Assembly: GCA_020634895.1 (NCBI GenBank)
Contig: JACKAV010000009.1
Span: 65,465-129,464, forward strand
DNA: 64,000 bases
Reading direction: 5' to 3'
Source: Anaerolineales bacterium
GTDB lineage: Bacteria; Chloroflexota; Anaerolineae; Anaerolineales; Villigracilaceae
Numbering within the stretch: the stretch's first letter is position 1; the number at the start of each line of letters is the position of its first letter. The notes beneath the pieces were generated by a model. It made no database searches and had not been told where the DNA came from. It saw only the letters and a program-made list of their open reading frames with translations. The translations under genes and the position numbers were made by a program. Below are positions 43,888-53,838 of this stretch, in pieces.

Positions 43888-44964
43888 TTAGCCAATACCG
43901 CACTGACAATAGGGATAATCCCACCAGCCATAAGAACAGTTACCGGGGTTAGGCTTACCGATGGCTTCACAGGCATCAAGATTTGGCGGCACACCCGTGG
44001 AACTGGCTGGTACCTTTTCTTTAACATGCTGAGGTTGAACAATTTCAGGACAGATTTTTGGTTCATAACCAGTTGGCTTAAACCCAAACGCTTGGAAGCA
44101 GGTATTATCCACTGCGTAAAGCGCCGACAAAGGATAATAACGGCTGCTTCGGATCGGTGACCCGGCTTGTTCTTCAGTGAAGTAATCCACATAGTCAAGT
44201 TGTTGGACGTTCTGCAAACCCGCATCAGACATTACCGAGTACATGAAGGTATCGCCAGTAAATGATTTTTTGAAGGCAATCTGAATGGTGGCATAAGGAC
44301 CCGCATTGATGCGAACCCAGGCAATATCGGCATCATCACCGATACCTTCGGCAATGTCAGAGATCAATTTATCGTAGCCATTCCCAGAAAACGGGGCATC
44401 CGATTTGGAAGCAGAATTACCGGCAGAGTCGTGATTGGTATCCGCATAAATGCGAATATTATCCGCAGTCCAATCTTCCGAGAAGGGCGGCTGAGCCACA
44501 ATAATAAAATCACCGAAGCTATCAAGGTTTGTATCCAACTCAACCGAATATTGAATGCCGGGTGCATTATTGGGGTTGCTGCCAACCAGCTTTATCGAGA
44601 TAAAATAAAATTCGCCTCCATCACTGATACCAAAGGTGGCAATATCCATATCTGGAATATAGACCATATCCTGAGTAAAGGGACGTTCCAGGCGGTCGAT
44701 ATCGTAGGAATCGCCATAGGGCGCGCGGTTTTCAGGAGCAGTATCCACAGATGAAACATCAGGATAAATCTCCCCATCCGGTGCCGAAACCGGAATTGCC
44801 TGATGTTGAACAGCCGCAGGCGGAGCTTCTTCAGGCTCCGTTGTTACCGTGGCAGTTGATGTACTGACCTCCTCTGTTGGGGTGTCACTTCCGGGTAAAT
44901 TACACCCCTGTATAACGAGAAGTACCAAGACACCAGCAAGGAACAAATTAAGTTTTTTATTCAT
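43888..44964 (-). CDS. Lipoprotein, hypothetical (DOMON/CBM9-like segment possible)
   Basis: Lipobox IQGC, Thr/Pro linker, YSVELDTNLD, Cys-rich C-terminus. Confidence 0.7.
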   Translation of the reverse strand: MNKKLNLFLAGVLVLLVIQGCNLPGSDTPTEEVSTSTATVTTEPEEAPPAAVQHQAIPVSAPDGEIYPDVSSVDTAPENRAPYGDSYDIDRLERPFTQDMVYIPDMDIATFGISDGGEFYFISIKLVGSNPNNAPGIQYSVELDTNLDSFGDFIIVAQPPFSEDWTADNIRIYADTNHDSAGNSASKSDAPFSGNGYDKLISDIAEGIGDDADIAWVRINAGPYATIQIAFKKSFTGDTFMYSVMSDAGLQNVQQLDYVDYFTEEQAGSPIRSSRYYPLSALYAVDNTCFQAFGFKPTGYEPKICPEIVQPQHVKEKVPASSTGVPPNLDACEAIGKPNPGNCSYGWWDYPYCQCGIG

Positions 44965-45038
44965 AGCCTCTTTTCCTTTCCTTCTCTATAATTATTGTGG
45001 CTTCCACACATAATTACAAGCATTACTAAAGGGCTATA

Positions 45039-45066
45039 AAAATTCCCGCCGTTTGGCGGGAATTTT
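45039..45066 (-). terminator. ppdK terminator
   Basis: aaaattcccgcc-gttt-ggcgggaatttt. Confidence 0.8.
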
Positions 45067-45089
45067 CCTTTTGCTATTCGATTTCGCTT

Positions 45090-47924
45090 CTATTTCTTGG
45101 ATCTTTTGACTGCTTTCTTTACCGCTTTTTTGACAGTCTTCTTTACAGCGGGTTTCTTTGCCGCAGTTTTCTTTACAGCCTTGGCAGGTTTGTGAGCCAA
45201 TGCGGCATGAGCGGCAGCCAGTCTCGCCACAGGTACGCGGAAGGGCGAGCAGGAAACGTAGTTGTTACCGATCATGTGGCACCATTCAATGGATTCTGGG
45301 TCGCCGCCGTGCTCACCGCAGATACCGACTTCGAGTTCGGGGCGGGTCTTGCGTCCATCAAAAATGGCGCTCTTCATCAACATACCAACGCCGTTGCGGT
45401 CGAGCGTCTGGAAGGGATTCTTTTCGAGAATATTCTGTTCCTGATAAGTGATGAGGAAGTTGCGCTCGGCATCATCGCGGGAATAACCAAAGGTCATCTG
45501 TGTCAGGTCGTTGGTACCGAAGGAGAAGAACTGCGCCTGGTCGGCGACTTCGGCGGCGGTCACTGCCGCGCGTGGGATCTCGATCATGGTGCCGAACTTG
45601 TAGGCGAACTTGACGTTCTTTTCCTGCATCACAGCCTTACCGATGCGTTCGAGGCGCGGCTGAATCCATTCGAGTTCCTTCACGGTTCCGGTCAACGGGA
45701 TCATGATCTCGGGTTTAACCTTGATGCCGCGCAGGGTGCAGTCGGCGGCAGCTTCGAAGATGGCGCGGACCTGCATTTCCACGATCTCAGGCATGGAGAT
45801 GCTCAAGCGAACACCACGCAGACCCATCATCGGGTTGGATTCGTGCATTCCCTTGATGGAAGCAAGCAGGTTTTCCTTCTCCGCCAGTCCATCGGTCTGC
45901 CCCTTCACACGCATGGTGATGACTTCTTCAAGCAGTTTTTCTTCATCAGGCATGAACTCATGCAGAGGCGGGTCGATGAGGCGGATGATCACAGGGTGTC
46001 CATCCATCGCTTCGAAGAGACCGTCAAAGTCCTTGCGCTGGTGCGGCAGCAGCAGATTAAGCGCCGCAGTGCGGTCTTCGCTGGTTTCGGCAAGGATCAT
46101 CTTCTGCACGATCGGAAGACGTTCCGGTTCAAAGAACATATGCTCCGTGCGGCACAGACCAATACCCACAGCGCCGTAAGAGCGTGCGCGGCGCGCATCC
46201 TTCGGGTAATCGGCGTTCGCCCAGACCTGCAAACCACGGGTCGGGTAACCGGGAGCGACCTCTTCGCGGACGTCTTTGCGGGCGCAAATATCGTCTGCCC
46301 ATTTGAGCAGGGTCATCAATTCCTTCTGCTCCTCAAGGGAAGGTTCGGAGGTGGGGATCTTACCGGCAAACACTTTACCGGTCGTTCCATCCACGGAGAC
46401 CCAATCGCCTTCATTCAGGGTCATACCGCCCACGTTCATAACGCGCTTCTCAAGATCGATCTTGATGGCGGATGCTCCCACCACACATGGGATACCGAAC
46501 TGACGAGCCACAACTGCCGCATGGGAGGTCGCGCCGCCTTCGCTGGTCAGCACGCCCTTGGCAGCGATCATGCCGTGGACATCATCCGGTTTGGTGAACG
46601 GACGCACCATGATGGTGTCCTGTCCGTGTTCTTTGGAAAATTTTTCGGCGGTATCCGCATCAAAATAGATCTGACCCACTGCGGCACCGGGAGAGGCGTT
46701 CACGCCTTTGGCAATGAATTTGCCTTCCTTTTCAGCCTGATCCATGGCGGCATCGTTGAATTGCGGATGCAGCAAAGAATCCACCTGCTCGGGCGTAACA
46801 CGTCCGACTGCCTGTTCACGGGTGATCAAGCCTTCATTCGCCATATCCACCGCGATCTTCACAGCAGACTTGGCGGTGCGTTTCCCTACACGCGTTTGGA
46901 GCATCCACAACTTTCCGCTCTCGATGGTGAATTCCACATCCTGCATGTCGGTGTAGTGCTTTTCAAGACGGGCGGTAATTCCCATAAATTCGCTGTATGC
47001 CTTGGGCATGTACTTCTTAAGGTTTTCGATCGGGTCGGCATTGCGGATGCCGGCGACAACATCTTCACCTTGAGCATTGAGGAGGTACTCGCCCATCATC
47101 TTCTTCTCGCCTGTGGAGGGGTTGCGGGTAAACGCCACGCCGGTTGCGGAGTCATCGCCCATATTACCGAACACCATGGTCACAATATTGACGGCGGTTC
47201 CGAGTGAATCGGAAATACCTTCCTTGCGGCGATACGCGATGGCGCGTTTACCGTTCCAGGAGCGGAATACGGCTTCAGTGGCGAGTGAAAGCTGTTTGTA
47301 TGGATCCTGCGGAAATTCCTGTCCACATGCCTTTTTATATGCTTCCTTATACAGCCCCACTACTTCCTTCCAATCCTCCGCCCGCATTTCGATATCGAGC
47401 TTATAACCCTTTTTATGTTTAAACTCATCAAGTGGGTGTTCAAATGCTTCGTCTTCGATGTCCATCACCACGGTTCCGAACATTTCGACCACGCGGCGGT
47501 ACGAGTCCCATACGAAGCGCGCATTCCCGGTTGTCTCGATCATCCCTTCAGCAACAATATCCGTTAAACCAATGTTGAGAATGGTATTCATCATACCCGG
47601 CATGGAGAACTTCGCGCCAGAACGGCATGAAACCAGCAGCGGCTTTTTGGGGTCGCCGAATTTCTTACCGGTCTTCCGCTCGATCTCTTTCATCGCCTTG
47701 AGTTCCTGTTCCCACATACCTTTGGGGAATTTGCCTGCATCCTGATAAGCATTGCACGCTTCAGTGGTAACAGTAAAGAAAGGCGGGACCGGCACATTCG
47801 CTCTTGTCATGTCCAGCAACCCTGCTCCCTTACCGCCAACGATGGACTTCACGCCATCCCACGAACCCTTGGCTAATTTTTCAACTTCTTTTACCTCGTT
47901 ATAGAGATAAACCCATTTAGTCAT
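45090..47924 (-). CDS. ppdK: Pyruvate, phosphate dikinase with a Lys/Ala-rich C-terminal tail
   Basis: GGKGA, SMPGMM, GEDVVAG, GGATSHAAVVAR (phospho-His), GLCRTEHMF, SFGTNDLTQ, GICGEHGG. Confidence 0.96.
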   Translation of the reverse strand: MTKWVYLYNEVKEVEKLAKGSWDGVKSIVGGKGAGLLDMTRANVPVPPFFTVTTEACNAYQDAGKFPKGMWEQELKAMKEIERKTGKKFGDPKKPLLVSCRSGAKFSMPGMMNTILNIGLTDIVAEGMIETTGNARFVWDSYRRVVEMFGTVVMDIEDEAFEHPLDEFKHKKGYKLDIEMRAEDWKEVVGLYKEAYKKACGQEFPQDPYKQLSLATEAVFRSWNGKRAIAYRRKEGISDSLGTAVNIVTMVFGNMGDDSATGVAFTRNPSTGEKKMMGEYLLNAQGEDVVAGIRNADPIENLKKYMPKAYSEFMGITARLEKHYTDMQDVEFTIESGKLWMLQTRVGKRTAKSAVKIAVDMANEGLITREQAVGRVTPEQVDSLLHPQFNDAAMDQAEKEGKFIAKGVNASPGAAVGQIYFDADTAEKFSKEHGQDTIMVRPFTKPDDVHGMIAAKGVLTSEGGATSHAAVVARQFGIPCVVGASAIKIDLEKRVMNVGGMTLNEGDWVSVDGTTGKVFAGKIPTSEPSLEEQKELMTLLKWADDICARKDVREEVAPGYPTRGLQVWANADYPKDARRARSYGAVGIGLCRTEHMFFEPERLPIVQKMILAETSEDRTAALNLLLPHQRKDFDGLFEAMDGHPVIIRLIDPPLHEFMPDEEKLLEEVITMRVKGQTDGLAEKENLLASIKGMHESNPMMGLRGVRLSISMPEIVEMQVRAIFEAAADCTLRGIKVKPEIMIPLTGTVKELEWIQPRLERIGKAVMQEKNVKFAYKFGTMIEIPRAAVTAAEVADQAQFFSFGTNDLTQMTFGYSRDDAERNFLITYQEQNILEKNPFQTLDRNGVGMLMKSAIFDGRKTRPELEVGICGEHGGDPESIEWCHMIGNNYVSCSPFRVPVARLAAAHAALAHKPAKAVKKTAAKKPAVKKTVKKAVKKAVKRSKK

Positions 47925-48189
47925 TACAGCCTCCTAAAAAGCAATTGTTATAGTCTGTTTACAGATTGTGAAATATTGTACCAAAAACAGTCCAAATTGC
48001 ACCTGACAAATATCACGCGATGTAGTGAATTCAATCGGGTATTTCCCCTATTACATATTAAATAACCTGTTAATAAATTGCAAAGTTACATTTCAATTAT
48101 CTCAATGATAATAAGTGTCAAGAAAAAAATCTTGTTAACTCATTGCAAAGTAATTTCATAGCCAATTCAGGGATAATGGACAATAGATT

Positions 48190-48630
48190 ATGACACCTAT
48201 AGCGAAAATACTTGTAATCGATGACGACACCGCCATCACTGAATTGATGAGCATGCTTTTGAAAACCTTTGGGTTCGATGTGCTCACCACCAATATCGCT
48301 TCAGAAGGAATCAAGCTGGCACATGAAGCCGAGCCGAACGTTATCCTTCTGGATCTTATGATGCCGGATCTTGATGGCTGGCAGGTTTGCAAAGCCATTC
48401 GTCAAAAAAGCAACGTGCCCATCCTTGTACTTTCCGCTATTAACGATCCGCGCATGGTGGCAAGCGTACTGGATGTAGGCGCCGATGATTTTCTTGTAAA
48501 GCCTGTTCCCAGCGGCGTCCTGGTTGCAAACATCAAGAAATTAATCAGACGCAATACAGGCGCTCTGGATATGACCAAGTTAAAAAAAACGACACCTTTC
48601 GCCCAGAGTAACCAACCGCTTCCCTCCTAG
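48190..48630 (+). CDS. Single-domain response regulator (receiver)
   Basis: VIDDD, LLDLMMPDLDG, LSA, DFLVKP. Confidence 0.88.
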   Translation: MTPIAKILVIDDDTAITELMSMLLKTFGFDVLTTNIASEGIKLAHEAEPNVILLDLMMPDLDGWQVCKAIRQKSNVPILVLSAINDPRMVASVLDVGADDFLVKPVPSGVLVANIKKLIRRNTGALDMTKLKKTTPFAQSNQPLPS

Positions 48631-48648
48631 CCGGAAGCTGGTTCCTAC

Positions 48649-48692
48649 AAACAGAGATGCCCACCTATAAGAACGGTGGGCATCTCTGTTTT
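48649..48692. terminator. Bidirectional terminator with a 17-bp stem
   Basis: aaacagagatgcccacc / ggtgggcatctctgttt between convergent genes. Confidence 0.85.
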
Positions 48693-49455
48693 ATATAAGC
48701 ATTTTCAACGCCCCAGCAGTTTTTTCCGGCTGTTCCATCATCGGCATGTGACCTGCTCCGGGCAGTTCCACCAAAGCCGCCGAAGGGACGAGCGATTTGA
48801 TCTCCCTCGCCCGCTCCACCGGAATCAGGTTATCGGCATCCCCATGAAGCAGCACAAGCGGATGAGTGAATGCAGCGACAAAAGAAGTCAGGTCTTCACG
48901 CTCTGCCATGGCGCCAAGAGCACCCACAACCGCAGAAATACTCTGCTTTGCGATCAACGGGTGGACAAAATCACGCACACGTTGGTCGGAAGAAAGTTTA
49001 TCTGTCATGCCGTCAGCGACGGGCTGCACACCATTTTGTTTTACATCTGCAGCAGATTTATATCTACCGTCCTTACGGTCAGGCGGGTCACCCGCTGCTT
49101 GAGAGGAAACAAGCGCCAAGCCTGCTGTCTTATCAGGAAACGCCTTGGCGAAAGCAAGAGCAACGTAACCGCCCATTGAATGCCCAGCCAAAGCCGTTTT
49201 TTTGATGCCAAGTGTTTCAAGCAAAGCCGCGAGATCACTGGCAATATTCGTCATTGTATACGGAGTTTCAACCGTGGTCGATTCGCCAAAGCCGCGCACA
49301 TCGGGCAGGATAAGGTCAAAATCATTCTCAAGCAGGGGCAGCACATCGTTCCAGATCGTATGGTCCAGCGGATACCCGTGGATCAAAACAAGCGGCGTCC
49401 CTTTACCGCGGCGTTCATAGGAAATTTGAATACCGTTAATACTTACCTTTTCCAT
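48691..49455 (-). CDS. Alpha/beta hydrolase
   Basis: LIHGYP, GHSMGG, GDAD, GAGH. Confidence 0.9.
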   Translation of the reverse strand: MEKVSINGIQISYERRGKGTPLVLIHGYPLDHTIWNDVLPLLENDFDLILPDVRGFGESTTVETPYTMTNIASDLAALLETLGIKKTALAGHSMGGYVALAFAKAFPDKTAGLALVSSQAAGDPPDRKDGRYKSAADVKQNGVQPVADGMTDKLSSDQRVRDFVHPLIAKQSISAVVGALGAMAEREDLTSFVAAFTHPLVLLHGDADNLIPVERAREIKSLVPSAALVELPGAGHMPMMEQPEKTAGALKMLI

Positions 49456-49461
49456 TTTTCT

Positions 49462-49998
49462 CTACCTCCAATTCACATTTGTTTTCAATTTGCTTCCCAG
49501 TTTGGATTTATAAAAAACGAAGCCGTTATCGCGCCCAAATTCAAAGACGCGGCGGGTGATATCCACATCCGCCTTGCAGTATTCGGCGACCTTGTCCAAT
49601 TCGCCGTTGCGGAACCACTCCACAGACTTCACGCCGTCCGCAGTTTTGGCTGCGTCAAGCGAGGCGCCAGCCAGATTGTCGAGGCTGAGGCGAAAGCCAA
49701 GATTCCGCTGGATGTCGAGCAGCATATCCAAAGTCGGGAGTGAGGCGAGGCGGATATTTGGAGAATAAGGCTGAAGGACGCGATAATCAAAATGGAGCAG
49801 GTTGAATCCGATCACCTTCGTCGCGGATTTTAATTCCGCCACCAAGGCTGGGATATCCTGCTCCCAATACACTGTAAAATCGTTTTTGGCTGTCGAAAAC
49901 GTGACGCCGCAGGCGAACTTCAATTCTTCAATATGGTCGCGCCCGCCGACATCGTCGAACAAGTTTTGGGTTTCCAGATCGAAATATACATAATTCAT
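49462..49998 (-). CDS. RNase H-fold DEDDy-type 3'-5' exonuclease (YprB/PolB-exo-like)
   Basis: FDLET (ExoI), GFNLLHFD (ExoII), YCKAD (ExoIII). Confidence 0.8.
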   Translation of the reverse strand: MNYVYFDLETQNLFDDVGGRDHIEELKFACGVTFSTAKNDFTVYWEQDIPALVAELKSATKVIGFNLLHFDYRVLQPYSPNIRLASLPTLDMLLDIQRNLGFRLSLDNLAGASLDAAKTADGVKSVEWFRNGELDKVAEYCKADVDITRRVFEFGRDNGFVFYKSKLGSKLKTNVNWR

Positions 49999-51662
49999 TT
50001 TTCACCATTAATTTTCTTCACTTCTTCACGGGCAAATTCCAATGCCTGATCCCTGTCAATTATTTTACCCGCTGCCTGATTTTCACGAATGGACTCAAGC
50101 AATTGCCCAATACTGCGCCCAGGTTTGAGGTTCAACTCCTTCATCAGGTCGTTCCCATCGATCAGGCGCGGCGGGTTTACAACCTCTTCCGGTCGTTCCC
50201 AATAATTTTCGAGGAAGATACGCGCGACATCGAGATAGGCTGTCCAGGTTTGCTGGGAGAGGTCGTTCCCTTTTGTCCCGCGGACATCCGCAAGCGCAAG
50301 CAGAATCAGGTCAACACCAGCTTTTCCGCTGTCACGGAAGAAGCGGTAAACCGCTTTGCGCGAAGGCGGCTGCCCTTCGTTTTCCAACCGGTCGGCAAAG
50401 GAATGGATCCGCATGTGATTTTTGACGATCACATACAGACGTTCGATCTCGTCGTTGCTCAAGTTAAGGGAGCGGGCGCGTTCGGCAGCGACATCCGCGC
50501 CTTTGACATCATGGTCGAAAAAGCGGATACGTCCATTTTCATCGACAAATCTCGTCTCCGGTTTGGAAACATCATGGTAAAGCGCCGCAAAAAATAAAAG
50601 CGAACGATGGGAACGGTTCGGATTAAGGGGACTTGAAAAATACCGGGCGAAATTTTCGCGATACCGCCCGATCTTCATGCTGACCAGCCCCATGAACATG
50701 TCACTCGTTTTTTCCGGGTCAAAGTCCACGCGCAAAGAGGAGGTTAGCAATTGGTCAAGTTGATCCAAAACAGACAGGGTATGCGTCCATACATCGTGGA
50801 TATGCGGTGCAGACTGTTGGACTCCCTTCATCTGTAATAGTTCGGGAGTTAGGTATTGTAAGACACCGAGCATGTCCAACGCGCGGATGGAAGCGCTGGC
50901 TTTCACCCCGCCGAGGATCTTGAAAAGCTCATCGCGGACACGTTCGACTGAGACGTTTCCGATCAGGCTGGCGGATTGTTTCATCAACTCGCGGGTGTTC
51001 TTTTCGATCGTGAAGCCGAATGCCGCTGCCTGTCTCACCGCTCGGAGAATCCGAACCGGATCATTCGACAAGGCAGAAGGAGTGCAGGCGCGGATCAATC
51101 TGGCACGAATGTCATTCGCGCCATCCATGGGGTCGTGGATGGTATTGTCGCGCAGGTTCAGGGCAATGGCATTGATGGTGAAATCGCGGTCGCGCAAGTC
51201 CTCTTCGAGGCTCGATCCGCGATAGGTGGCAAAATCAAGATAGGTGAATGAACCGTCTTCGTTGGTGACGATGACACGACCAGTATCACGTTCGTCGTCC
51301 AGCACCATGAAGTCGGCGTTGAGTGAGTTGGTCACGCTCCGAGCGAGGGAAATGCCGCTCGAAGGCAGGGCAAAGTCAAAGTCCGGTGAGAGGCGGTTGG
51401 TCAACATATCACGTACTGCGCCGCCGACCAGATACACTTCCACATCCTGCGGAATGACGTCAATTATTTTTTGTAATAAGGGTGGGAATGTAAAAGGTAC
51501 GGACATAAAACGAATCTCTGGTCTTTCTTTATATCGGCTGGACTGTGATGCGCGCAACGCCTGTTCGGGTGTGCCGCCTTGCGCGATAACTCGTCCGCGC
51601 ACAATTGCGACCCAGCGACCTGAATAGGGTGACCGTTCTACGCTGCTTTCATGTTCACTCAT
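49995..51662 (-). CDS. Class II CCA-adding enzyme/poly(A) polymerase with HD domain and an extra N-terminal (DUF5678-like) domain
   Basis: YLVGGAVRD, DFD, RDFTINA, DPVRILRA, ERVRDEL, YHDVSKP; N-terminal YSGRWVAIVRGRVIAQG. Confidence 0.88.
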   Translation of the reverse strand: MSEHESSVERSPYSGRWVAIVRGRVIAQGGTPEQALRASQSSRYKERPEIRFMSVPFTFPPLLQKIIDVIPQDVEVYLVGGAVRDMLTNRLSPDFDFALPSSGISLARSVTNSLNADFMVLDDERDTGRVIVTNEDGSFTYLDFATYRGSSLEEDLRDRDFTINAIALNLRDNTIHDPMDGANDIRARLIRACTPSALSNDPVRILRAVRQAAAFGFTIEKNTRELMKQSASLIGNVSVERVRDELFKILGGVKASASIRALDMLGVLQYLTPELLQMKGVQQSAPHIHDVWTHTLSVLDQLDQLLTSSLRVDFDPEKTSDMFMGLVSMKIGRYRENFARYFSSPLNPNRSHRSLLFFAALYHDVSKPETRFVDENGRIRFFDHDVKGADVAAERARSLNLSNDEIERLYVIVKNHMRIHSFADRLENEGQPPSRKAVYRFFRDSGKAGVDLILLALADVRGTKGNDLSQQTWTAYLDVARIFLENYWERPEEVVNPPRLIDGNDLMKELNLKPGRSIGQLLESIRENQAAGKIIDRDQALEFAREEVKKINGEK

Positions 51663-51685
51663 GGGAACCCCCTGTGCAATGAAGT

Positions 51686-52243
51686 CTATTCTGAAGGTTG
51701 ATATTTGTTCAGGTCTACAACGCCGACGAACGGAAGGTTGCGATGGTATTCATCGAGGTCGAGTCCGTAGCCGAATACAAATTTATTTGGAATGGTAAAA
51801 CCGATGTAATCGATCGGCACATGCGCTTCGCGTCGTTCGGGTTTATCGAGCAGGGCACAAACTTTCAGCGATTTCGGCTGGCGGGTGCTGAGCATTTGCA
51901 AAACGGAAGCAATGGTGTGACCGCTGTCCACAATATCTTCAACGAGGAGAACATTCTGACCGCGGATATCCGTTTGAAGGTCGAGGGTGACTCGGGCGGA
52001 GCCAGTCGATTCGCGCCTGCCGACGCCATAGGAGGAAACCGCCATGAAATCCATCATATGCGGGATGGAGATACACCTGCTCAGGTCAACGAGAAAGGGC
52101 ACACCGCCGCGCAAAATACAAATGAGCAAAAGGTTTTCGCCGCGATAATCTGCGCTGATCTGTTCGCCGAGTTCTTTAACGCGTTTCTGCAGCACATCGG
52201 CTTCAATGAGGATTTCGGCGAGTACGTCCTGATAATTTTGCAT
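51686..52243 (-). CDS. hpt: Hypoxanthine phosphoribosyltransferase
   Basis: VEDIVDSGHT PRPP loop, FVFGYGLD. Confidence 0.93.
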   Translation of the reverse strand: MQNYQDVLAEILIEADVLQKRVKELGEQISADYRGENLLLICILRGGVPFLVDLSRCISIPHMMDFMAVSSYGVGRRESTGSARVTLDLQTDIRGQNVLLVEDIVDSGHTIASVLQMLSTRQPKSLKVCALLDKPERREAHVPIDYIGFTIPNKFVFGYGLDLDEYHRNLPFVGVVDLNKYQPSE

Positions 52244-52331
52244 GATGGTGATTCCTTGGTTGAATGGTTCGAAGGTCAATGGCTAGTTTACATCAAATCC
52301 CGATTTACAGAAACCACAAGACTGCAAATTC

Positions 52332-52901
52332 TTAACGCGGCACTTCGTGATGCTGACGGCAGCGCGCCTCATACATTTCCGATGCGCCGACGATCACAAC
52401 AGGTTCGTCGTATCGCGCAGGCTTTCCATTGACCAGTCTCTGGGTGCGTGATGCTTCGTCGCCGCAGACCATGCAAATGGCATGGAGCTTCAGCACTTCT
52501 TCTGCTTTTGCCATCAGTTCAGGGATGGACCCGAACGGTTCGCCGCGGAAATCCATATCCAGACCGGCGGCAATGACGCGTATCCCGCGCGTGGTCAATT
52601 CCTGCGCCACTTCCACGATCTCTTCGTCAAAGAATTGGACTTCATCCAAGCCGACCACGGTCGTACCGTCTTCGAGCTGCTCGCGGATATCGGCAGCCTT
52701 TTGCACAGGGATGGCGTCAAACGTGGAACCTGTGTGGGAAGCCACCTTCTCAACCGCATAGCGGATGTCGATCGCTGGTTTGAAGACCTGCACCTTTTGT
52801 TTTGCAATGGTCGCCCGCACCAAACGGCGGATCAGTTCGTCCGTTTTGCCGCTGAACATGGAGCCGCACACAACTTCGATCATGCCCTGGGTATGCATCA
52901 T
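52332..52901 (-). CDS. tdk: Thymidine kinase
   Basis: [24 protein letters not shown], zinc cysteines, YEARCR. Confidence 0.94.
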   Translation of the reverse strand: MMHTQGMIEVVCGSMFSGKTDELIRRLVRATIAKQKVQVFKPAIDIRYAVEKVASHTGSTFDAIPVQKAADIREQLEDGTTVVGLDEVQFFDEEIVEVAQELTTRGIRVIAAGLDMDFRGEPFGSIPELMAKAEEVLKLHAICMVCGDEASRTQRLVNGKPARYDEPVVIVGASEMYEARCRQHHEVPR

Positions 52902-52948
52902 TTCTTATCCTGCCTCTCCAAATCTGATTTTATATTGCACTATCATAA

Positions 52949-52980
52949 AAACAGGCAGACGCTTTTGCATCTGCCTGTTT
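52949..52980 (-). terminator. rplU-rpmA-rpmE operon terminator
   Basis: aaacaggcagatgc-aaaa-gcgtctgcctgttt-tt on the minus strand. Confidence 0.8.
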
Positions 52981-53028
52981 AGTTTAACTGATAAAGGGCT
53001 GGCTGACAAAGTGTCCGCCATGAAGTGA

Positions 53029-53562
53029 CTATTCGCCTGCTTCGGGTGTCTCTTCAGTCGCTTCGGCTGGTTTTTCAGCTTTTTCAGCCTTCTCAACCTT
53101 CTTGGGCGGCTCAGGAAGTTCGATCTCGAGAGAGCGTAACTTCTTCTTTGTCGCAGTCAACGCAGACTGACCGAAGCCGTTGAGCGCCAGAAGCGCTTCG
53201 TCGCCTTCGGCGAATTTGTCAACGACCTGACCAATGTTCAGCAAACCAGCGCGCTTGAGCGCATCGGTCGCACGCGGGGTCAAACCGAGATCGTCCACAG
53301 AACGATTGCCGACGTTCGTGGATTCTTCGCGCGCCTTCTGCTCTTCCACATAAGACTGGCGTGCAGAAAGTTTCTTATAGAAGCGGTCCACCTGACCTTC
53401 CACATCGAGCATCTTCGCAGATTCACCGGTGTAGAACGGATGACAGTTGGAGCACACATCGATACGCAGTTCCTTCTTGGTGGATGTAGTTGTCCAAGTG
53501 GTTCCGCAGGAAGCACAGGTCACTGTGGCTTCGTAAACTGTAGGATGAATATCAGCTTTCAT
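53029..53562 (-). CDS. rpmE: 50S ribosomal protein bL31 (zinc type) fused to an RNA polymerase alpha-CTD-like domain
   Basis: MKADIHP, CASC and [16 protein letters not shown]; residues about 87-149 [20 protein letters not shown]...NGFGQSAL. Confidence 0.88.
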   Translation of the reverse strand: MKADIHPTVYEATVTCASCGTTWTTTSTKKELRIDVCSNCHPFYTGESAKMLDVEGQVDRFYKKLSARQSYVEEQKAREESTNVGNRSVDDLGLTPRATDALKRAGLLNIGQVVDKFAEGDEALLALNGFGQSALTATKKKLRSLEIELPEPPKKVEKAEKAEKPAEATEETPEAGE

Positions 53563-53825
53563 TATTCCACCGCCTCGGCCGGCACAATGTTGACACGCTT
53601 GCGTCCGTGATGAACATCGAACATCACCACGCCATCGGCTGTGGCAAACAGGGTGTCATCCTTGCCGACCATGACATTAAGACCCGGCTTGATCTTGGTG
53701 CCGCGCTGGCGGACCAAAATATTGCCGGAGAGTACGAACTGTCCCGCGTAGCGCTTAACGCCCAAACGCTGGGAATTGCTATCTCTACCGTTGCGGCTTG
53801 AACCGCCGCCTACTTTATGCGCCAT
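53562..53825 (-). CDS. rpmA: 50S ribosomal protein bL27
   Basis: [26 protein letters not shown]. Confidence 0.96.
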   Translation of the reverse strand: MAHKVGGGSSRNGRDSNSQRLGVKRYAGQFVLSGNILVRQRGTKIKPGLNVMVGKDDTLFATADGVVMFDVHHGRKRVNIVPAEAVE

Positions 53826-53838
53826 TTTCTACCTGCCT

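Noticed and set aside
45192-47207. Long antisense ORFs (671 aa opposite ppdK; 403 aa opposite fusA; 312 aa opposite pdhB; others)
   Set aside because: These are shadow frames of conserved GC-rich genes, with no recognisable motifs or SD sequences.
47964-47983. Rex/CRP-like box (ttgtgaaatattgtacca) upstream of ppdK
   Set aside because: Only the left half-site matches; the right half is 4 of 7.
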